DNA of 33,733 nucleotides from a bacterium (GTDB lineage Bacteria; Sysuimicrobiota; Sysuimicrobiia; Sysuimicrobiales; Humicultoraceae), in the NCBI GenBank assembly GCA_050694895.1, contig JBOGSE010000383.1, positions 1-33,733 on the forward strand, written 5' to 3'. The translations under genes were made by a program, and so were the position numbers. Under the pieces are notes generated by a model. It made no database searches. It saw only the letters and a list, made by a program, of their open reading frames with translations, and was not told the DNA's origin. The first letter of the stretch is position 1; the number at the start of each line of letters is the position of its first letter. Positions 13,890 to 21,277 of this stretch are shown here, in pieces.

Positions 13890-15059
13890 CTACGAACGCA
13901 CCATGATCTTGCCATCTTCACGGCGGGTAGCCTTCTGTACGGCCTCGACGCCGCGATCGAGCGGAAACCGGCTGGTGATGATCGGCGTCAGGTCGATGCG
14001 GCCGGCGGCCATCAAGCGGATCACAGAGGGAAAGTTTCCGTATCCGGAATGGCCCTGCGCGCCGTAGACCTGCGCCGCGTGTGTCTGGAGATGCTCAAGA
14101 TACATCGGCACGCGTTCGGCCGCGCGACCGATCATCACGATCTTGCCGCCGACGGCAAGGGTTTCCTCCATTTCAGGGATCGTTCGTGGCGGCGCGCCCG
14201 CTGCCTCGATGTGCATGTCGGCGCCCTCGCCCTTGGTCGCCTCCAGGACGACGTCGCGCGGGCGAGTGCCCTGCCGCTCGAGGTCGCGGGGACTGTAGAC
14301 GAGGTCAGCGCCGACCTTGCGCGCCAACTCCTGGCGAAGGGGCGAGACCTCGAACGCGATGACGCGGCCTGCCCCGGCCGCCCGCGCAAGCGCGATGGCC
14401 GCGAACCCTATCGGGCCCGTGCCAAACACCGTGACGTAGCCGCCGGGTTTGAAGCCCCCCGCGCGCGTGAACATCGCGTTGTACGACACGCTCGTCGGCT
14501 CGCACAGCGCCCCCGCCTCGTACGCGCGGTCTTTGCTGCCGTAGACTTCGGCGAGGTCGTTGATCTTCCAGCAATATTTGGCGCCGACGACGATCGACTC
14601 GGCCTGTGCGCCGTCGATCGTGAATCCGATCTCCTCGAGGCGCAGGCACTGGTTGGGATAGCCGTTCCGGCAGGGGATGCACTCACCGCACCAGATCATC
14701 TCTTCGACCGTCACCATGTCTCCGACGCGCAGGTCGCGGGCCTCGCGGCCGACCTCCACGATCTCGCCGGAAAACTCGTGCCCGATGACGACGGGAAACC
14801 TTGTCAGTCCCGGATAAAGCATGTAGCCGTCGCGGTCGGTCTCGTAGAAGTGGACGTCCGAGCCGCAGATCCCGCACGCGCGCGGCCGAATGCGCACCGA
14901 CCCGGGCTGGAGCGGGGCGTCGGGCACGTCGGCGAGCCGAACCTTGGGGTGGCGCCACACGCTGCTCCCGGTCACCGCCTTCCGGGTCGTGCGCTCGACG
15001 TCGGTAGGCGTGTAGCCCTCCCGCGGCTCCCAGTCCGCCTCGACCAACAGTCCCTTCAT
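13890..15059 (-). CDS. Zn-dependent medium-chain alcohol/polyol dehydrogenase with an N-terminal extension (scyllo-inosose-3-dehydrogenase IolM-like), 389 aa
   Basis: MKGLLVEADWEPREGYTPTDVE...IRPRACGICGSDVHFYE...VIGHEFSGEIVEVG...CGECIPCRNGYPNQC gives the catalytic and structural Zn sites, followed by the GxGxxG motif VFGTGPIG. SD GGGAGGG lies 8 nt upstream of ATG 15059. Confidence 0.85.
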   Translation of the reverse strand: MKGLLVEADWEPREGYTPTDVERTTRKAVTGSSVWRHPKVRLADVPDAPLQPGSVRIRPRACGICGSDVHFYETDRDGYMLYPGLTRFPVVIGHEFSGEIVEVGREARDLRVGDMVTVEEMIWCGECIPCRNGYPNQCLRLEEIGFTIDGAQAESIVVGAKYCWKINDLAEVYGSKDRAYEAGALCEPTSVSYNAMFTRAGGFKPGGYVTVFGTGPIGFAAIALARAAGAGRVIAFEVSPLRQELARKVGADLVYSPRDLERQGTRPRDVVLEATKGEGADMHIEAAGAPPRTIPEMEETLAVGGKIVMIGRAAERVPMYLEHLQTHAAQVYGAQGHSGYGNFPSVIRLMAAGRIDLTPIITSRFPLDRGVEAVQKATRREDGKIMVRS

Positions 15060-15093
15060 CTCGTGATCCCTCCCGTGGTCTCTTACGTTTCCC

Positions 15094-15120
15094 AATTCGG
15101 CAGGGGAACCCTTCCGATTT
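15094..15120. promoter_or_regulatory. 27-bp imperfect palindrome in the divergent intergenic region between the ADH operon and the acyl-CoA dehydrogenase gene
   Basis: AATTCGGCAGGGGAACCCTTCCGATTT has 10 of 13 half-site positions self-complementary. A TAGAAT -10-like hexamer (15123-15128) follows, then SD GGGAGG and GTG at 15158. Confidence 0.3.
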
Positions 15121-15157
15121 CATAGAATCAACCTGGAACGATCTAGGGAGGCAGATT

Positions 15158-16339
15158 GTGAAAGAGCTTGTGGCGCGGCCAACCGACTACTACGTGCTCG
15201 ATGATCTCCTCACCGACGACGAGCGCATGGTACGGGACACCGTGCGCCGCTTCATCGATCGCGAGGTGCTTCCGCACATCGGCGGATGGTGGCTGCGCGG
15301 CGAGTTCCCGCGGCACCTGATCTCCGCTCTGGGCAGCCTTGGTGTCCTCGGCGCCAATTTGCCTGCCGAGTACGGAGCGGCGGGCGTCAATAACATCACC
15401 TACGGATTGATCCTCCAGGAGCTTGAGCGCGGAGACTCAGGGGTCCGTTCGTTCGCCTCGGTGCAGGGCGCGCTCGTCATGTATCCTATTCACCGGTTCG
15501 GCAGCGAAGCCCAACGCCGGCGGTGGCTACCGGCACTCGCGCGTGGGCAGGCCATAGGGTGCTTTGGGTTGACCGAACACACGGCGGGCTCCGACCCCGC
15601 CGCGATGCAGACGCGGGCCAGGCGCCGCGGCGGCGGGTGGGAGCTCTCGGGTACGAAGATGTGGATCACCAATGGCTCGATGGCCGACGTCGCGCTGATC
15701 TGGGCCAAAGACGATGAGGAGGAGATCCGCGGCTTCTTGGTGGAGCGCGGCACCCCCGGCTTCGCGGCTCACGAAGTGAAGACCAAAGCCAGCATGCGCG
15801 CCTCGGACACCTCCGAGCTCGTCCTCGACGGTGTGAAGGTCACAGACGAGGCTCTGCTGCCGGAGGCGAAGGGATTGAGCGGGCCACTCGCCTGCCTCAC
15901 GCAGGCTCGCTACGGCATCTCGTGGAGCGTCGTGGGCGCGGCGATCGCCTGTTTCGAGGAGGCGCTCGCCTATGCGCGGGATCGCATCGCCTTTGGCCGG
16001 CCGATTGCGGCGACGCAGATCATCCAGGCGCGATTGGTCGACATGCTCACCGAGATCACCAAGGCGCAACTGCTTGCCTATCGCCTGGGCCAGCTCAAGG
16101 ATCAGGGCAAAATGCGCTACACCCAGGTGTCCCTGGCGAAGCGCAACAATGTTCGTGCGGCCCTCGAGGTTGCCCGCGCCGCCCGTTCAATCCTGGGCGC
16201 CGCGGGCATCACCCTCGAGTTTCACGCCATGCGCCACGCTGCGAACCTCGAGACCGTCGACACGTATGAAGGCACGTACGACATTCACACGTTGATCCTC
16301 GGCCGAGACATCACGGGCTTCAACGCGTTCGGCGCCTAG
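15158..16339 (+). CDS. gcdH: Acyl-CoA dehydrogenase, glutaryl-CoA dehydrogenase-like, 393 aa
   Basis: N-terminus DYYVLDDLLTDDERMVRDTVRRFIDREVLP, GLTEHTAGSDP, KMWITNG, and a C-terminal ...YEGTYDIHTLILGRDITG typical of GCDH-type ACADs. GTG start with SD GGGAGG. Confidence 0.85.
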   Translation: MKELVARPTDYYVLDDLLTDDERMVRDTVRRFIDREVLPHIGGWWLRGEFPRHLISALGSLGVLGANLPAEYGAAGVNNITYGLILQELERGDSGVRSFASVQGALVMYPIHRFGSEAQRRRWLPALARGQAIGCFGLTEHTAGSDPAAMQTRARRRGGGWELSGTKMWITNGSMADVALIWAKDDEEEIRGFLVERGTPGFAAHEVKTKASMRASDTSELVLDGVKVTDEALLPEAKGLSGPLACLTQARYGISWSVVGAAIACFEEALAYARDRIAFGRPIAATQIIQARLVDMLTEITKAQLLAYRLGQLKDQGKMRYTQVSLAKRNNVRAALEVARAARSILGAAGITLEFHAMRHAANLETVDTYEGTYDIHTLILGRDITGFNAFGA

Positions 16340-16370
16340 CGGCAACCCAGCGCCAGGGGAATCAGAGCGC

Positions 16371-16997
16371 CTACCAGACAAGTGGGTGCCCTCTGTCCGA
16401 CTGCGTCCGAGATGGCAGCGCCTGGCCGGCGTCGGGCGCGCAGTCGCGTCCCGTAAAGGTCCCAAAGCCCACCACCGCATTGACCTCGGTGCGGCCGGTC
16501 GACGTCCCCAGCGCGGCAAACGAGACCGTGAACGTCAGCCTGGAGCTGTCCTGACTGACGCTGGCCGCGCCGGTGACCGCAAGCGTGGCGTCTCGCACAG
16601 GGTACGTTCCGTCGAGGTTCCTGGAGGTCAGGTCGATGAAACGATCGAGCCCCTGTGCGCCGCCGCAGGGCGAGACAAAGAGGATCCCTGTCGCACGGTT
16701 GAGGTCGGTGTTGAAGCCCACGCCGCCGCTGAACTGTGTCCCTGTTGGTATCGCGCCCGCCGGCGGGAGAGCGGGATCAGGGTTGACCCAAAGGCGCACC
16801 TGAAGCTCCGAACTCCCGCGGACCGTCCGGACCTCGATCACATCGTAGGTTGGCGCTGCACCGGCATCACCGGCCGGGTCGGCGTGAACGCTCGTTCCTG
16901 GGTCCTGCGGGTTTGGCGACGGGCCGCCGATCAACTGGCCGCACGCCGTCGTGGCCAGCACGATTGCTGCGAGAACCGCGGTCATTCTGATCGCCAC
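16371..16997 (-). CDS. Secreted/lipoprotein-like hypothetical protein, 208 aa
   Basis: The signal peptide MAIRMTAVLAAIVLATTAC-G is lipobox-like but non-canonical. The mature part is Gly/Thr/Pro-rich and looks beta-rich, with no motif I recognise. GTG start with SD GGAGGGG. Confidence 0.55.
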   Translation of the reverse strand: MAIRMTAVLAAIVLATTACGQLIGGPSPNPQDPGTSVHADPAGDAGAAPTYDVIEVRTVRGSSELQVRLWVNPDPALPPAGAIPTGTQFSGGVGFNTDLNRATGILFVSPCGGAQGLDRFIDLTSRNLDGTYPVRDATLAVTGAASVSQDSSRLTFTVSFAALGTSTGRTEVNAVVGFGTFTGRDCAPDAGQALPSRTQSDRGHPLVW

Positions 16998-17079
16998 GGT
17001 GTCATCCCCTCCTGCCTGAAATGGTGCGGCGGTTTTCCTCCTGTACTACGTGAGGGGATGGGGAGAAGTTCGCCGCGCG

Positions 17080-17119
17080 AAAAAGCAGAGAAACGGCGGG
17101 TCAGACCGCCGTCTCTCTG
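17080..17119 (-). terminator. Rho-independent terminator downstream of the Lys-rich micro-ORF
   Basis: The minus-strand RNA reads CAGAGAGACGGCGG-ucugac-CCGCCGUUUCUCUG, a 14-bp stem with one G.U pair and a 6-nt loop, followed by C-UUUUU-CGCG. Confidence 0.6.
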
Positions 17120-17137
17120 GGGGCAAGCGCAGGGCGG

Positions 17138-17179
17138 TTACTTGCCCTTCTTCTTGGCCTTCTTAGCCTTTTTCGCCAC
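17138..17179 (-). CDS. 13-codon Lys/Ala-rich micro-ORF: M(GTG)AKKAKKAKKKGK*
   Basis: GTG at 17179-17177 is preceded by a double SD GGAGGAAGGAGG (17189-17200) with 9-nt spacing. TAA is at 17140-17138, and an intrinsic terminator follows 18 nt later. It is the 3' end of track ORF 17138..17332, whose upstream part overlaps the divergent gene and looks non-coding. Confidence 0.4.
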   Translation of the reverse strand: MAKKAKKAKKKGK

Positions 17180-17248
17180 CGTTCCCCGCCTCCTTCCTCC
17201 TGGAAAGATGGACGGCCTACCTGCCGTCGGAGTTTTTGTTCGCCACAA

Positions 17249-17257
17249 TATATAGCA
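17249..17257 (-). promoter_or_regulatory. Extended -10-like element TGCTATATA upstream of the micro-ORF
   Basis: The plus strand reads tatatagca at 17249-17257. This is the only strongly AT-rich patch in the 175-nt divergent region. There is no convincing -35. Confidence 0.25.
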
Positions 17258-17354
17258 TATCCTTCTCGCAGACACACAACTTGTAGCATCCAACGAACCG
17301 ATGTCTTTGACACGAGAGCAGGGGCATAACACTTTTCAGGAGAATCCCCCCGCC

Positions 17355-19283
17355 ATGTCGTCGCCCGCCGGGCCGTCACCCATTCGTCTCTCGCTCCTCC
17401 TCGTCGTGGCCACCCTGCTGGGGACGTCTGGGGGAGCGGCGCTGGGGCAAACATCTGCCTCGGACATCGGAGGGCACTGGGCCGAAGCACGGATCAACGA
17501 TCTGCTCGGGCGAGCCGTTATTGGCCTGGGCGCAGAGCGATCTTTTCGTCCGAACGAGCCGATTTCGCGCGCGGAGTTCGTGAGGTGGCTTGTCGCTGCG
17601 CGCGGCCTGCCGGCCGCCCGTCCCGGTGCACCGGCGTTTGTCGATCTTTCGGCGGCCCACGAGCACGCGACGGCCATAGACACGGCCGTGACCTTCGGCA
17701 TCGTACCCGGCGGAGGGACGTTCCGTCCCGCCGCGCCGATCGCGCGCGGCGATGCGTTGGTGTTTCTTATGCGCGCGCTCGGCTACACGTTCGAAGCCGC
17801 GTACATGACCAACGCGCCGCTGTCCTTTTTGGACGCCGATGGCCTCCCGCCAACCGTACGGGGCGCCGCGGCGATCGCGGCCCTCTCGTCACCCCCGATG
17901 CTGCGCGAACCGTCCACCGACCGGCTGCGCGCCGACGATCCGATGACACGCGCCGAAGCAGCCAGCCTGATCTGGGCATACCTGCAGGGAATCGAGCGGG
18001 GCATCGCGCTCCGATTCGCCACGACGCTTGGGCCAGGCGTGACGCTCATTCTGGAGAAGCGCGGCGCGCTCAAGATCCTGCCGGTCTGGCGGGTCCAGGT
18101 GGGCGTGTTCCAGGAGGAAGAGCGGGCGCGGCGTCTCGCGGACGCGATGCGCGCGCGCGGCCAGCCGGTCTTCGTCGAGCCCATCGATGATGGGTTCCGG
18201 GTGCGCGTCGGCAACTTCACTACGCAAGAGGACGCCATCGCGTTTCAGCAGCGTCTGGCGGGCGAGGGTCTGACGACGTTTATGATCCTCACCGTCCGTG
18301 ACTACGAAGGGCTGCAGGGACCGTTCTGGATGGGGATGATGGTGATCGAACCGCACGCCGGTGTCCGCCTGCGGCCGGTCCTGGCCCGCGACGCCATCGG
18401 GCGCGGGCGGACAAGCGAGGCGGCACGGCGCGCCGGGGCGCTTGCGGCGATCAACGGTGGCTTCTTCTCAGCGGTCGGTGACCCCCTCGGCTGCCTCGTC
18501 GTCGACGGTGAAGTCTTGAGCGAGCCGGTACCCGGGCGAACATGTGCCGGCATCACCGAGGATGGGGACCTCCTTTTCGACCTGCCGCGGTTCGATGCCG
18601 GGGTCACCAGCGAAGCCGGGACGGTCGCGATCCAGGGCATCAACCGGGAACGTGGAGCCGACGAGACGATCATCTACCGACCCGCATACGGTCTCTCCAC
18701 GCGTACCAACACGTGGGGCGCGGAGGTCAGCATCGCGGGAGACACGGTGCAGCAGGTCACCGACGGACAAGGCAACAGCCCGATTCTTCCCGGTGGATTT
18801 GTCGTCTCCGGACACGGGCGGAGCCGCAACGCGCTGCTGGCCGCGTTCAAGCAAGGCGACCGCGTGACGCTGTCGACGCGGCTGCTTCCGCCTTCCGGCG
18901 ACCCGCGCTGGGAAGGCGTGCGCCACGTATTCGGCGGAGGGCCGAGACTGTTGGCCAACGGGGCTTACGTCGGCGGCGAGGGCTTTCGCCCATCATTCGT
19001 TGACCGCCGGCATCCCCGTACCGCCATCGGCCGGCTGCCTGACGGTCGGATCGTGCTCATTGTGGTCGGCGGCCGCCAACCGTATCACAGCCTGGGTATG
19101 ACACTCCTCGAACTGGCCGGAACACTGCGCGCCATCGGCGTGACGGATGCGATGAACCTCGACGGCGGAGGATCGAGCACCCTGGTGGTGCGTGGGGTTG
19201 TCATCAATCTTCCATCAGATGAGGTCGGCGAGCGTCCCGTCAGCGACGTCTTGCTCGTGATGCCTCCGACCGGAACCCCCTGA
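17355..19283 (+). CDS. Cell-wall-associated protein: signal peptide + 3 SLH domains + SPOR domain + phosphodiester glycosidase (NAGPA/DUF2233) domain, 642 aa
   Basis: SLH-like repeats: DIGGHWAEARINDLLGRAVI...ISRAEFVRWLV; FVDLSAAHEHATAIDTAVTFGIV...IARGDALVFLMRAL; ...MTRAEAASLIWAYL. SPOR: WRVQVGVFQEEERARRLADAMRARG...GFRVRVGNFTTQEDAIAFQQRL. C-terminus: AINGGFF...NLDGGGSSTLV. ATG 17355 with SD AGGAGAA is preferred over 17301. Confidence 0.8.
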   Translation: MSSPAGPSPIRLSLLLVVATLLGTSGGAALGQTSASDIGGHWAEARINDLLGRAVIGLGAERSFRPNEPISRAEFVRWLVAARGLPAARPGAPAFVDLSAAHEHATAIDTAVTFGIVPGGGTFRPAAPIARGDALVFLMRALGYTFEAAYMTNAPLSFLDADGLPPTVRGAAAIAALSSPPMLREPSTDRLRADDPMTRAEAASLIWAYLQGIERGIALRFATTLGPGVTLILEKRGALKILPVWRVQVGVFQEEERARRLADAMRARGQPVFVEPIDDGFRVRVGNFTTQEDAIAFQQRLAGEGLTTFMILTVRDYEGLQGPFWMGMMVIEPHAGVRLRPVLARDAIGRGRTSEAARRAGALAAINGGFFSAVGDPLGCLVVDGEVLSEPVPGRTCAGITEDGDLLFDLPRFDAGVTSEAGTVAIQGINRERGADETIIYRPAYGLSTRTNTWGAEVSIAGDTVQQVTDGQGNSPILPGGFVVSGHGRSRNALLAAFKQGDRVTLSTRLLPPSGDPRWEGVRHVFGGGPRLLANGAYVGGEGFRPSFVDRRHPRTAIGRLPDGRIVLIVVGGRQPYHSLGMTLLELAGTLRAIGVTDAMNLDGGGSSTLVVRGVVINLPSDEVGERPVSDVLLVMPPTGTP

Positions 19284-19288
19284 AGCTG

Positions 19289-21223
19289 TTACAGGTTCTC
19301 GACATGCACCGGCTCAACTGGCTCGGCCAACTCGAAGCCAAAGACACGCGAGTAGAAATCGAGTTCAGCATCCAGGGACCGCTTGATGTTCTCGGCGCGG
19401 CGGAAGCCGTGCTGCTCGCCCTCGAACGGAACGTACGCAGTGGGAACGCCCTTCCGTTTCAAAGCGTCAAAGATCATCTCCGACTGATTGGGCGGGACGA
19501 CTTTATCCTCAAGCCCCTGGAACAGGATGATGGGACAAGAAAGCTTGTCGAGATGGTGGATGGGCGAGCGCGCGATGTAGAGGTCCCGCCGCTGTGGGTA
19601 GGGCCCGATCAGGCTGTGCAGGTAGCGCGACTCGAACTTGTGCGTGTCGCGGACGAACACTTCCAGCTCGGACAGGCCGAAGTAGCTCGCCCCGGCCTTG
19701 AACACGTTCCGAAAGGCCAGGGCGGCCAGGGTCGTGTAGCCCCCGGCGCTCCCTCCCCTGATGATGAGCCTGTTCCTGTCCACATCACCGCGCCGGGCGA
19801 GGTACATCGCGGCGTTGACGCAATCGTCCACATCGACGACACCCCAATTCCCATTGAGCCTGCGCCTGTATACCGTCCCGTAGCCGGTACTGCCGCCGTA
19901 GTTGACGTCCACGACGGCAAAGCCCCGGCTCGTCCAGTACTGAATGCCGAGACGGAGTGTGGACGAGGTGGCCCCCGTTGGTCCCCCATGGCTCATGACG
20001 ATCAGTGGCGGCTTCTCGCCGGGCGGACCGGTAGAGTCGCTGTTCTTCGGCGCATAGAAGAATGCGTGTGCCGTCAGGCCTCCCTCGGTAGGGAACTCGA
20101 TGGGTTGGGCGATGGACAGATAGCCGATGTCCACATCGACCTCGACCGATCGGCGCAGCACCGTTGTCTGGCCGGTCGTGAGGTCATGCAGCCTGATCGC
20201 TTCCGGCTCCGTCGGGGAACCCTCGCCCAATACCATGAGCCGGGGCGACACCTGCATCCCAGACCATGTCAGCTCGGTGAACAGCGTCGGTATGCGCTCA
20301 AATCTTAGCGAATCTGCGTACAGGTTCGCGATATGCCACGTCCCCTTCTCGTTATATGCGCAGATGATGCGCTCGGCCGACGCGAACCCGTACGTGGACC
20401 CGCCGAACACCCACCCCGGCGTTGTGAACTCCGCCTCCATCTCGCAGAGCGCCTCGAGTTGCCCGTTGCGCCAGCGGTACAGGTTCCACCAGCCCGTGCG
20501 GTCCGAGACAAAATGCAGGATGCCGTCGGGCGACCACCGCGGTTCGCCGACCGACTCGTCTGGGCCGCCCGCGACGAGCTGCTTGCCTGTGATCGTGCTA
20601 TCGGGCCCCAGTTCGCCGACCCACAGCTCGGTGCCGTCCCAGGGCATATTAGGATGATCCCACGCCAGCCACGCGAGACGCGAGCCATCGGGACTCAGCC
20701 GCGGTGATGAGACGAAATCGCTCTCCGTCACCAGGACCCGGGTTGCGCCGCCGTCGAGCTCGATGCTCACAATCGTGTTGAGGGCCTCCCGTGCCGGGAC
20801 GGTGTGATCCTCGCGGACGCAGATCATGCGCCCTCGGCGGCCGTCGATAATCCCGTCAGCATACCGCATGTCTTCCGCGGGCGTGATCGGCTCCGGGTGA
20901 TCGCCCGGGCGCTGACGATACAGCCGCTGATCGCTGTAGTTGGAGAAGTAGATCGTTCTGTCGGCGACGGCGAATGCTCCGCCGCCGTACTCGTGTACGC
21001 GGGTTCGCGCGTTAAATGGCTGCGGCGTCACATCGGCAGTGTGGCCGTCAGGGGTGCGACGCACAACGACGTTGCGGCCGCCTTCGGATGGCCGCTGCTC
21101 GACCCAGTAGATGTCGTCCCCGTCGAGGGCAATCTGCCCGAGCCCGATAGATTCCGCGGCGACGAGGTCCGATGTAATCGGCGACTTCCATGAGCCACAG
21201 GGGGCGACATGCCGTTTGGCCAT
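19289..21223 (-). CDS. S9-family serine peptidase (prolyl oligopeptidase / acylaminoacyl-peptidase-like), 644 aa
   Basis: An N-terminal beta-propeller-like region is followed by a C-terminal alpha/beta hydrolase with the nucleophile elbow GGSAGGYTT, then ...QGLEDKVVP (Asp) and GEQHGF (His). Confidence 0.9.
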   Translation of the reverse strand: MAKRHVAPCGSWKSPITSDLVAAESIGLGQIALDGDDIYWVEQRPSEGGRNVVVRRTPDGHTADVTPQPFNARTRVHEYGGGAFAVADRTIYFSNYSDQRLYRQRPGDHPEPITPAEDMRYADGIIDGRRGRMICVREDHTVPAREALNTIVSIELDGGATRVLVTESDFVSSPRLSPDGSRLAWLAWDHPNMPWDGTELWVGELGPDSTITGKQLVAGGPDESVGEPRWSPDGILHFVSDRTGWWNLYRWRNGQLEALCEMEAEFTTPGWVFGGSTYGFASAERIICAYNEKGTWHIANLYADSLRFERIPTLFTELTWSGMQVSPRLMVLGEGSPTEPEAIRLHDLTTGQTTVLRRSVEVDVDIGYLSIAQPIEFPTEGGLTAHAFFYAPKNSDSTGPPGEKPPLIVMSHGGPTGATSSTLRLGIQYWTSRGFAVVDVNYGGSTGYGTVYRRRLNGNWGVVDVDDCVNAAMYLARRGDVDRNRLIIRGGSAGGYTTLAALAFRNVFKAGASYFGLSELEVFVRDTHKFESRYLHSLIGPYPQRRDLYIARSPIHHLDKLSCPIILFQGLEDKVVPPNQSEMIFDALKRKGVPTAYVPFEGEQHGFRRAENIKRSLDAELDFYSRVFGFELAEPVEPVHVENL

Positions 21224-21277
21224 CCGTTCCCTCCTCGCCGGCCTCTACGGTCCTGCGGGTGACGCCCGAGAGGCCCG

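Noticed and set aside
16998-17179. Lys-codon leader-peptide transcription attenuator controlling the downstream lipoprotein gene.
   Set aside because: I found only a weak alternative pairing (CCGCC in the spacer with GGCGG of the terminator 5' arm, and a 7-bp GGGCAAG/CUUGCCC hairpin). The downstream gene has no link to lysine metabolism. I kept this as a minor alternative in the micro-ORF finding.
17138-17332. 64-aa minus-strand ORF ending in the Lys-rich tail.
   Set aside because: Its upstream 50 codons run across the divergent promoter region and overlap the start of the SLH gene. The GGAGGAAGGAGG inside it is far better explained as the SD for the internal GTG. Only the last 13 codons are retained as a candidate.
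21224-21277. GGCCTCT ... AGAGGCC stem with a 23-nt loop between mocA and the S9 peptidase gene, considered as a terminator.
   Set aside because: The loop is long, the stem is only 7 bp, and there is no U-tract. It is too weak to call.
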